Below, piece after piece: positions 39,982 to 50,392 of a stretch of DNA of 64,000 bases. The position numbers were made by a program, and so were the translations under genes. The DNA comes from Antedon mediterranea (taxonomy: Eukaryota; Animalia; Echinodermata). The stretch spans positions 13,638,352 through 13,702,351 of the forward strand of contig NC_092678.1 of assembly GCF_964355755.1 (NCBI RefSeq), given 5' to 3'. The stretch's first letter is position 1, and each line of letters opens with the position of its first letter. Below the pieces are notes generated by a model. It had not been told where the DNA came from, ran no database searches, and saw only the letters and a list, made by a program, of their open reading frames with translations.

Positions 39982-41622
39982 TCATCTACATGGTCGTTTC
40001 GCAGATGAAACTTCTTCTTCATCATCGGCCACCACCACCGTATTGTATTCGGATCTGAATTTTTCGACGCTTACTATGAGCGGTACGTCGTCGTTGACTT
40101 TCACATACATTCGGCGTATTCCATCGTGTAATTTTAATTTAGCGTTGGTGCCGAATGAATTCGACAAATGTTTAATGTCCTCGTCGCTGAACACGCAGAA
40201 TTCTACTGTAGTTGCAATATATTGACTCAGTCTGAGAGCCGACATGAGAAACGACATGATCAGTTTCCGATCGTTTGACATGATGTGCATATGTTCCACC
40301 ACCACAACGTTTTGATTCGGGCTTTCGTTGCCAAATTTGATGTCTCCAATCGAAATGTCATGTTCGTGTACTAGATACACCAATCTATCTTCAACGCGTT
40401 TCAACGAAAACTGTTTACCGCCAAACAATACAGTTGAGTCGTGTTGTTTTGAAGCCGCCTTTTCTAGTTTCGATACACTTCGACGTTCCGGTACAGGGTT
40501 CAAACATTCTTTTAAAGCGTCCGTAAACTCGACTCCCAAGAACGGACTGAATCTATCGATGTATGAATTGTATTTCTTGCTGCTGGAACAATGCGACAGT
40601 GAAAATGCGTCGGTCAGTGATCTATCCGGATTCACGTGCGTGTACCAAAACTGGAGATCACGTTCGTTCATCGGACCACGTAGTTCTACCGAATGTCTAC
40701 ACACCTTAATCAAATTGTTGTACGCAAATTTGTCCTTTTTTAAATCGCAATAGTCGCTTTGCGTCTCAAACTTATTCCGATTGTTGTCATCATAAAACAT
40801 TAAAGCCACACTCATCGAGGCGCTGTAAACGTCCGAATTTCGACGCAACATCTTCACTCGTCTGTCTGACATCACATGACTTATGTCCCTGAAAGGTATC
40901 CTTGTCAGTTTCTCCTCACTCCTGACGCACGAATATTTTGGTTCGGTGTCGGAAAAGCGTAGTCGACTTCCCGGTGGCAAGTACTTTGACGCCATGGAAC
41001 CGGTTCGAACGATACCCAAACACCGATGGCCATGTCTCTCTTTCACAGAAACGCCAAACGTGCTTGCACCGTGCTTTGTAAACTCGGCAGAACCAAAGTC
41101 TATTATACGAAATCGATTATCTAATCGACTATACGCCACGTTCTCGATTGTTATGTCGCTGTGAACCACACCTGCGTTTTCGAGAAACGTCAACGCTTTG
41201 CAAACATGTAACGAAAGCGTTTTCACGCAAGGCAGAAGCTTGTAACAATAGCGTAGCCTGTACAGATTACATCCTTCGTTTCTCATCGTGATTGATATTG
41301 CGATGTTACGCCGATAAGAAACTTCGAGCAGACGAGGCGTACACATTCGAGCCGCGTCCGTTTGTTTTAAGTGTGCAAGAACCAAAACTTCCTTGTTTCC
41401 CGACAAGTTCACGTCTTCATGCTCGAGCGTAGACGTGCGGCTGGCCGTGAAATCATACAATGTCTTTATCACAACGTGCACGTTTTCTTTAGCTGTCTTC
41501 ACTTCGCCATGTTTCTCACTTTCTTGAATTCGAATAGCGCCGTACTTGCCGTTTACAGCCGGTAAACTTTCATACTTTCTCGTTGTTATTTGCGTCTTGT
41601 ACAGGGGTAGAAATTCAGCCAT
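39982..41622 (-). CDS. Atypical protein kinase 2, paralogue of kinase 1
   Basis: NGKYGAI, VVIK, NKE, HSDITIENV, IDFGSAE, FRDISHVMSDRRVK, SDVYS, LNPVPERR. First ATG at 41622. Intronless. Confidence 0.9.
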   Translation of the reverse strand: MAEFLPLYKTQITTRKYESLPAVNGKYGAIRIQESEKHGEVKTAKENVHVVIKTLYDFTASRTSTLEHEDVNLSGNKEVLVLAHLKQTDAARMCTPRLLEVSYRRNIAISITMRNEGCNLYRLRYCYKLLPCVKTLSLHVCKALTFLENAGVVHSDITIENVAYSRLDNRFRIIDFGSAEFTKHGASTFGVSVKERHGHRCLGIVRTGSMASKYLPPGSRLRFSDTEPKYSCVRSEEKLTRIPFRDISHVMSDRRVKMLRRNSDVYSASMSVALMFYDDNNRNKFETQSDYCDLKKDKFAYNNLIKVCRHSVELRGPMNERDLQFWYTHVNPDRSLTDAFSLSHCSSSKKYNSYIDRFSPFLGVEFTDALKECLNPVPERRSVSKLEKAASKQHDSTVLFGGKQFSLKRVEDRLVYLVHEHDISIGDIKFGNESPNQNVVVVEHMHIMSNDRKLIMSFLMSALRLSQYIATTVEFCVFSDEDIKHLSNSFGTNAKLKLHDGIRRMYVKVNDDVPLIVSVEKFRSEYNTVVVADDEEEVSSAKRPCR

Positions 41623-41634
41623 AGCAGCAGCACA

Positions 41635-42133
41635 ATGTCGGCGATTTACAGATGGCAAGACACAAATTCAAAGAAATTGTACGCGGCACTGATCGTTGAA
41701 CGTAAATGGATAATACTGGAACGTTTCTCCCCTAGTGATGAATGGAGTCCACCGTTGCCTACACTCGACGTTACACCGGACACATTGGAAATCGAAATGA
41801 TAACAAAGCCAAGCTGGAACGGTGTTGTGTTCAGGGACTATAATCCACATCCGTTGCGTGAGCGAGGAGTCGCAATGAGACCGACGCTAAATTTAGCTTC
41901 GAATCTGTCGATGGCGCAGATATCCCAATGGCCAACGCATGTCGGTAAGTTCACCGATACCCATATGACGTACGAGAAGAGAACTGATGTTCTTGTGATT
42001 AACGGCTGTAGGGTAAACAGATCATATCCGACAATTTCGAGAATCATCAATCATCATCTTCACCACCACCACCCCAATGTGAAAACTAAAAACAAAAGTC
42101 GACTCATCACGCATATTACACCACCACCACCAT

Positions 42134-42166
<33 letters not shown>

Positions 42167-44106
42167 AAGACTTTATGCACACGCCTCGAATGTTGAAGCT
42201 GTTCACGTCGATGACAAGCGATCCGAACGTAGCTCTATTGGCACTCTCATTTGAGCTGTTCACCGCGTCTACCAAAAATGTGCACGCGCTACGACGGCTG
42301 CTCTCGAACATATGCGAGAGAACATCGGCATCAGATCACATACTGACGCAATCGAAACAGTTTTGGTTTCATATGCGATCGCATGGAATCAATCAACACA
42401 ACTGGCATTCAAAATCTCCATCCAATGTCGTTGCAAAGGCGAGAGAGTATCATCGTCCGCCAGTACAAGACGAATTGATTCTGGCCAGCGTTCTGTTGTG
42501 GGAAATGGCCACGTTTGCGCGTGGTAGACGTACCCCGTTCACTTTTGAAGCAGTAAAGATGCAGTGTTATTTGAACGAAGCGCGTGTTGCTGCTGCTGCT
42601 GCTGTTGAAGAAGAAGAAATCCTACGCAGAGCGTTGAATGAAGTCGCCAAGAAAAGAGAACGCACGACGTTCGCGTTAGAAGCTGAGAAGATGGGTCTAG
42701 AGAACTACGCAGTTATGAACGGTGTCTACATCGATCTTGAAACAGTTTTGTTCAATCTTCCAAAATTACGCGCTACTCTCTACAAAGAAATCGGAAAAAG
42801 ATTGTTACTGTTTGAGGATTTTGAAACGACGATTCAATGTCTGTGCCTGGACGTGCTTCGACAAGCTTCTTCCTTCTTGAGCAGTTTCGAACTCATCAAA
42901 TCCATCGCTCCTTTGTATCCAAAAAAACGCAGACGAATCACACAGAAACGCATCGAAGGAATCGACAGGTTTCTTACGAATTTTGAGCGACGCGTTGACG
43001 GCAAACGAAGAAAACGTTTTGTCAAGTACCTGCAAACTTGGATTCCGAAATTTCCTGTTCCGGAACACGACGGTTACGCCTCCTTACAACAAAGATGCGA
43101 TCAAAACGAGGCGCTTCGACTGTTTGCAATTGCCTATCCGGCCATAACATTCTCGTTCGCCGTTCCCGAAGTAAAAAACGACGCCCAGCTTATGTTTGCT
43201 CTCGCCAACTGCACATCACACCTGGGTAGACTGATGTGGTTTGACTTTGATCCGGTGACGGTACGCATCAGATCATCCGTGATCGGTCTCACGCCCCTAC
43301 AAGAACAACGCCTCGAAATGGCTTCTCTTCAACCAGCGTATGACGCGTACGAAGAGTCTATCCGCGTCACTCAGCACATTAGACACAGTATACCTTTTAT
43401 GCACGTATCGATATTCGAAGGCGTTCAAGCCAACGTGGTTTGCCGACAGAACGAACGCTACGTAACTCGTCTCTAGGCCTATCCTCTTATCTTTGCCTCG
43501 TATGACGTTATAGACGCGAATGAAGGTAATCGGCAACCTCCACAACCCAAACACGGAGAATGTACATCCTATTACCAGAACGTTGTCACTGTCGACAATG
43601 CTGGAGTGGTTAAATGGAATCATACATCGCCATGTTTTGCGCGATTCATTCAATGTGCAAACGTTTTGCTTTTATGTCATAAGAAATCAGACTTTGTTCG
43701 TGGCCCTATTCATTCCCCTGAAGATAGCGTTCACGTACTTTGTCAACTTGCACTCGATCACAAGGACGACGATAACGATGACGGAGAACTTGCGTCACCG
43801 AGATCGTTTCCTTGTCATCTACCTCGACCGTTTGATGACAATATAGTATTGATAAACGATGACAGTGGTGGTGATGGCGAGGAGAAAATACGGTTCTGTA
43901 TCGTCAGCCCGGACGATATGAGGCCTTTTTTCCCAAAAGATTTCATCGAAAGTATCATTGCCGATCCCCATCGGACGCCCGTTATACAGAAAAAGATGGT
44001 GTTTTACTTGAGGGCAGATCTTACCAATGAATACACAGAAAATCACTTTCTCTCCGACAAGGACAGAAGTGTTCTTGTTGCCGGTTCAATCATAAGACGT
44101 CGGTGA
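41635..44106 (+). pseudogene. ~823-codon orphan gene with one internal TAG
   Basis: The 613-aa and 166-aa ORFs share a frame; the only stop between them is TAG 43474-43476. No recognisable domain. Confidence 0.8.
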
Positions 44107-44444
44107 ATGAATACACACGCACACAATTCAAAACTCGGTGTTCAATTTGGTTATTATTAAGCATTGGCAATTTGGAACAGGACAGTGTAGAAATTGAAAC
44201 ATCATCATCCATTTAAGTTTAGTACTTTTTTTACGTATGGTGTTTGTTAGCACGCGATTAATAGCGCCTACAATTTTCGGTGAAGATATATACAGTACCT
44301 ACAGACAATTCCTATTGTCAAACCTGCTAATGATAAATAATTTTCATAAAGCCCGGCGAGCAGTCTTGTCCAAAAAAAAAAAGAGAGCAAAAGGGTTTAA
44401 TTTGTGATTGTGAGATTAATATTAAAATAATAATAAAAAAAATA

Positions 44445-45744
44445 AACCAATGTAATGGTCCACTGAACTTCAAAGGCTGCTTTCTAATTGTTGATAATCT
44501 ATTGAATTCGGAAGTAATCTATTGAATTCGGAGGTGATTTGTTGAAATCGGATCATATCTAATTGCCTTGAAAGAAATATAAAGCAAGTTACATATTTTT
44601 TTGGAAAGTTTAAAGAATGGAGATTAATATAATAATAATAATAATAAAATTTTAATTTCAACACAAGGCTCCTTTTGTGGTGACACGAGCCATATTTTCT
44701 TTTATTATCCCTAACACAATGTTCTCGAAAAAAAAAAATTGACCATAACGTGTCACTTTGTAAACTAAACGGTATACATTCTTTTAGTTATAGTTGTTCA
44801 CTAACACGATTTATACTAAACGGTATATTAATAGAAGACAAAGTATTTGTTATCGATGAAGGGATAATGAAATTGATATTATTATAATTTAAACGGCGAG
44901 TTTAGTATTTTGTAGTCCTGATAACGAATACAATAAGTAGTTCGCCCTCTATTGACAAATAATATACCTGCGTTATACGCCGCGTGACAGACAATAATTA
45001 TACTAGGCCTACTGTGTTTCTTAATGGGTATATTTTAGTTTTATTATAGAAGTTCTGTAACGCGATGTTGTCGATAAAGGGATAATGAATTGATAAAGGG
45101 ATAATGAATTGATGATTGAGTGAGAAGTATAAGGAATGATCTAGAAGGTTATGAACATAATATTTTGTATAAGGGGATGTATGTTCTGTCTTGTGTGTAA
45201 ACTGAATGCTTAAACATTGACGCACACTGCCATTGAGGTCGAAGTAATCATTGCATACGGATGCGTGTTACTGCTCTATCAAGATCAGGACTGCATTATT
45301 CACACACATAAAACACTGAGAGTAATAAAGAGAATCTATGCTTGATTGTTTTACACTCGAAAAATGTATTAGTATTTTGTAATAAAATAAAGGTAATTCA
45401 AATTGTCACATGATGCATTAATAAATTAATTAATGTTCATAAACGTCCAAATACTAGTTTTCTAGCATTTGTATTAAAATAATGCCTGCTATCTGTCTAT
45501 ATACTGTAGCAGATATATTTTCATGTTTCGTTCTGCTCTGCATACGGAATGTGTGTGTGTGTGTGTGTGTGTGTGTCTTCTACTGACTGACTGACTGACG
45601 TTCACGATTTAACGTTACCGCTCCAAGAATTCAATACTACAATACATTGTTTGTTGTAATATTGATATTGCTATACCTTTCAATGTTCATAAATGTCAAT
45701 ATGCTGGTGTCTCCTATTCCATCTATCTTTGGTACAGTTCTTGA
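44445..45744. repeat. ~1.3-kb direct repeat, copy 1
   Basis: Highly similar to 46087-47413; includes the last ~110 nt of the AlkB-like ORF. Confidence 0.95.
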
Positions 45745-46086
45745 GGATGAGGATACTAAAGACTGGATGGGGATAGACAAAGGTTCTGACGGCGAGGATA
45801 GTTATTGAAAACGAAGAAGAATGTGTAAGAATTTGTATAGGCCTAATCATGATCTAGAGTAGAAGTGAGTTATGTTAACAGATTGTGTGTGCTCAAAATA
45901 ATCCATTAATCAAAATAATTATGCATTTTTAATTGTTGATTTTATATATTAAGATGATAATAAAAATGAAAGAAATTAAAGTGTATTCTTTATTCGTATT
46001 CATTGTTTAAGTGTGTAAAATTTCATGTAGATCCAGTAATAATAACTAATGGTATCCAATGCGAATGTGTTGTGGTTATTGAATAG

Positions 46087-47413
46087 AACCAATGTAATGG
46101 TCCACTGAACTTCAAAGGCTGCTTTCTAATTGTTGATAATCTATTGAATTCGGAAGTAATCTATTGAATTCGGAGGTGATTTGTTGAAATCGGATCATAT
46201 CTAATTGCCTTGAAAGAAATATAAAGCAAGTTACATATTTTTTTGGAAAGTTTAAAGAATGGAGATTAATATAATAATAATAATAATAATAAAATTTTAA
46301 TTTCAACACAAGGCTCCTTTTGTGGTGACACTAGCCATATTTTCTTTTATTATCCCTAACACGATGTTCTCTAAAAAAAAAAATTGACCATAACGTGTCA
46401 CTTTGTAAACTAAACGGTATACATTCTTTTAGTTATAGTTGTTCACTAACACGATTTATTCGATAATGAACCCTAATTAAAAAAAACAAACAAAAGTGTA
46501 TTCGAAGTTATACTAAACGGTATATTAATAGAAGACAAAGTATTTGTTATCGATGAAGGGATAATGAAATTGATATTATTATAATTTAAACGGCGTGTTT
46601 AGTATTTTGTAGTCCTGATAACGAATACAATAAGTAGTTCGCCCTCTATTGACAAATAATATACCTGCGTTATATGCCGCGTGACAGACAATAATTATAG
46701 GCCTACTGTGTTTCTAAATGGGTATATTTTAGTTTTATTATAGAAGCTCTGTAACGCGATGTTGTCGATAAAGAGATAATGAATTGATAAAAGGATAATG
46801 AATTGATGATTGAGTGAGAAGTATAAGGAATGATCTAGAAGGTTATGAACATAATATTGTATAAGGCGATGTATGTTCTCTCTTGTGTGTAAACTGAATG
46901 CTTAAACATTGACGCACACTGTCATTGAGGTCGAAGTAATCATTGGATACGGATGCGTGTTACTGCTATATCAGGATCAGGACTGCATTATTCAAACACA
47001 TAAAACACTGAGAGTAATAAAGAGAATCTATGCTTGATTGTTTTACACTCGAAAAATTTATTAGTATTTTGTAATAAAATAAAGGTAATTCAAATTGTTA
47101 CATGATGCATTAATAAATTAATTAATGTTCATAAACGTCCAAATACTAGTTTCCTAGAATTTGTATTAAAATAATGTCTGCTATCTGTCTATGTAGCAGA
47201 TATATGTTCATGTTTCGTTCTGCTCTGCATACGGGATGTGTGTGTGTGTCTTCTACTGACTGGCTGACGTTCACGATTTAACGTTACCGCTCCAAGAATT
47301 CAATACTACAATACATTGTTTGTTGTAATATTGATGTTGCTATACCTTTCAATGTTCATAAATGTCAATATGCTGGTGCTTCCTATTCCATCTATCTTTG
47401 GTACAGTTCTTGA
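46087..47413. repeat. ~1.3-kb direct repeat, copy 2
   Basis: Highly similar to 44445-45744, with an extra ~50 bp near 46460-46510. Confidence 0.95.
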
Positions 47414-48022
47414 CCATTCATTGATTGTTTCAGAATTTATTACCAGCATCGAACCGTGCTCCATTTTTATGTTCACAGGTTTAATGTTTTTGTTGGTGCG
47501 GTGTTCGAATCTACAGATTCTAGTAGGTCCCAGAGACATAATGCATACAGGACTTATTTTGCTCCTTTGTACATCATTAAGATAGCATTCCGCTGAATCC
47601 TCCGCTCTTGTCAAAGTTACCATATTGTAAAAATGACCAGTCGCAATGTGTATCCATTCACGCATTTCGAGTAGAAACTTTGGCCAGTAACACAGAGGAC
47701 TTCTTCTCGCTGTGTCGTCGATGTTTGTGTGAACTCCTATTTGGAATGACAACTCCAAATCACCGTACGGTGCACATCTAATGTGATCTACTTCAGTGAT
47801 CACATCACGTAACTTATATAGAGAATCGAATAAATGTGTTTTCCTACATTGTTTTAAAATAGTGTCTGCTATCAGTCTATGTAGCAGATGTACACGAACG
47901 CATTTCATGTTATCTTCCGGTCTGCATACGGTGTGTGAATGAAAGCCGAAATAAAACTCATCTTCTGACTGGCTGACGTTCATGATTACTTTATTGCTAC
48001 AAGAATTCACTACAACTTCCAA
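47306..48022 (-). CDS. AlkB (ALKBH2/3)-like fold protein lacking catalytic residues
   Basis: WPKFLLEMREWI..ATGHFYN..SPVCIMSLGPTR..RFEH..MEHGSMLVI..EWSRTVPK..ILTF follows the ALKBH2/3 pattern. Start uncertain (TTG at 48022, first ATG at 47983). Confidence 0.8.
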   Translation of the reverse strand: MEVVVNSCSNKVIMNVSQSEDEFYFGFHSHTVCRPEDNMKCVRVHLLHRLIADTILKQCRKTHLFDSLYKLRDVITEVDHIRCAPYGDLELSFQIGVHTNIDDTARRSPLCYWPKFLLEMREWIHIATGHFYNMVTLTRAEDSAECYLNDVQRSKISPVCIMSLGPTRICRFEHRTNKNIKPVNIKMEHGSMLVINSETINEWSRTVPKIDGIGSTSILTFMNIERYSNINITTNNVL

Positions 48023-48505
48023 TTAAAGTTTGAAACTAAAACTCCATACTGGTCGATTTTTATACTTTGCGATGAAGGTTAACTACACGCGTTGTCAACA
48101 AACAACGAAACCGATGAATGATTGTCGATTATACTGATGTGTATGTGTGGTGCGCGCTTTAAAATTCGTATTGAATATATCGTGCCTCCTCTTCCTCCTA
48201 CCCGGCTTAATTTGCGTATGGTTTTCGAATGATGATCATGAACACACAAACGGGTGTAATTCCATCGTTAGTTACTTTAGTGTTACAATAAAACCGTCTC
48301 GGCAACATGATGGAAATAAGCGTCACTGTCGGTAAATGTATACACCGGTCCCAAAGAGTCAGGGTCAATTACTTTTTTTTAAGAAATATGTTTAATGTGT
48401 ATTATTATTATTATAGTTTAATATAAGCGTATTTTATAAATTTAATCTCCATTGATTCTATCATCATATTTTAAAATCAAAATGCTATGTTTTAAATTCT
48501 ATTTG

Positions 48506-48551
<46 letters not shown>

Positions 48552-49085
48552 TCCCTCTCCTTCTCTCCTTATTAATTTAGATTCGACTATGTAGAAACGG
48601 AATTTAATTTCCAAATTAAAACACTGCATTGTAACAATATTATAATCGGTCTGCTTTTCTTTTATCGATGATGACAATAGAAATAAGGGTAGGGCGTGTG
48701 TATGTATCACCGCCGGTCAGTGTACACACCAGGTCACAAAGCTTTAAAGAAATATTTTTAATTGTTATCCCGAATATGTGTGATAGAGTAATTCGTTTCG
48801 ATATATAATCATTTTGGTATACTAACAATTTGAACAAGCTTCCTCTACGCGCCCAGTCGTAAATCCAATCCTAGATTTTATATTTACCGATATTGCGACC
48901 CTATATAGTTTTTGATAAATTACTAATACTGTTATGGTATCGATAGATTGTAAGCCAGCCGAATGGTTAGTTCTTGAGTCTCGTAATTTAACGCTGTAGC
49001 CTTAGGCTAGGGTTCGAGAATTGATTTGATACATATATATATATATATTTTTTTTAAATATTTGTTTTACTCACCATCTTCTTTA

Positions 49086-50392
49086 TTGACAAATAATCTA
49101 CAACTACTAAGTGGTCATTTCCTCCAAAGTTGAAAATGTCTGCCCCAACTTTATAAAAGGGTATTTCAGGTATTTCGTGAGGTATCATTGGTTCACGTTG
49201 ATTTTTCCTTTTGTACTTCGCACATATCGTACATCTTGATACCATGTCATGAATAGCATTGGTGATACCGGGCCATTACAACAACTCTCTGGCTCTGGCC
49301 TTGGATTTCTCTATTCCTAAATGAACATCATGAATGCGGTTAAGCATGAATTCTCGTTTGCTTTCTGGTACTATCAATTTCTGCCCAATAAACATTAGTC
49401 CCTCGTGTTCATAAATTTCGTCACGCATCGGCCAAAATTGTCTTATCTTTACGCTGACTGACTGACGTCGCTCAGGCCAGCCAATATAGCACTGTTTCGA
49501 TAGTTCCTTTAGTGTCTCGTCCTCGTTAGTCGCTTGTTGTATTTCCGTTATTCTAGCTTTACTCATACTCAACAGCTCATGTACGGCATGTATACGATAT
49601 TGTAGAATTTCAGGATCATTTGTGACAGTTTCCATCGGAACCGCTCTGCTCAGTGCGTCACGTCTGCGATATACATTTCACGACCTGGAACATATGTGAC
49701 ATTTATATCATATTTTAATAGTCGTAGCATCATCTGCTGTAGTCTGGGACTCGCCTTGTGAATTGGTTTCTTTGTAATTGACTCAAGAGGTTTGTGATCA
49801 GACTGGATCGTAACTGAACGTCCGTAGACATAGTTGTTAAACCTTTCAAGTGAAAAACAAATAGCTAGCATTTCTTTTTCTATCTGAGAATAGTTCATTT
49901 CGGCTGACGTTAGTGATCGCGAACTATAGCGTATCGGGTGACCATCTTGCATTAAAACACTTCCTAGTCCAAAAGATGATGCGTCACATTGGATTACTAC
50001 TTCTTTATTCGGATCAAAGTACTTAAGTACTGGCTCTGAGCTTAACAAACTCTGCAAATGTTTTAGCGATTGGTCGTGGCGTTCATCCCAAGACCGCGCT
50101 ACTTCCTTCTTTAATAACTCTCTCATAGGAGCGCTGATGGTAGACATATTCGGAATAAATGGCGACAGATAGTTGATCATTCCCATTAAACGTCTCAGGT
50201 CAGACTTACAAGAAGGTGTAGGCATATCATAAATTGCTTTTACTTTAGAATTATCAGGCTTAACACCATCTCTACTAATTATGTGACCTAAGTATGTCAA
50301 CTCATGTTCTTTAAGCTTAATCTTATTTCTATTAAATTTTACATTTTCATCTTTAGCACGCTCCATGACTTTGGCTATCACATTATCATGAT
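49086..50392 (-). pseudogene. Gypsy pol: RT C-terminus, RNase H, linker, integrase HHCC and first catalytic Asp
   Basis: YLGH, QCDASSFGLG, NYSQIEKEMLA, SDHKPL, HDVHLG..CTIC, VGADIF, VVVDYLS; with frameshifts and stops. Confidence 0.95.

Larger units (their letters stand above)
33001..49085. other. ~16-kb foreign insert, probable endogenous large-DNA-virus fragment
   Basis: Integrase reads VVVDYLS at ~49086 and resumes IVTL at 33000. The insert has tightly packed, overlapping, mostly intronless ORFs that look more GC- and CpG-rich than the flanks. No TSD or TIR seen. Confidence 0.8.

Noticed and set aside
33346-41658. Both kinases listed as exactly 558 aa
   Set aside because: Coincidence of TTG-start ORF calls; the first ATGs (35004, 41622) give different lengths.
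33636-43846. Numerous short antisense or overlapping ORFs in the insert
   Set aside because: They shadow longer motif-bearing ORFs and have no recognisable features.
33001-44110. Bacterial or phage contamination
   Set aside because: BIR, UBA, RING and EABR-like domains and a GT-AG intron are eukaryotic, and the block is embedded at codon-level resolution in a retrotransposon.
33001-49085. Assigning the insert to herpesvirus, Teratorn, Polinton or Helitron
   Set aside because: No terminase, capsid, polymerase, transposase or RepHel gene and no diagnostic termini; only weak motif hints.
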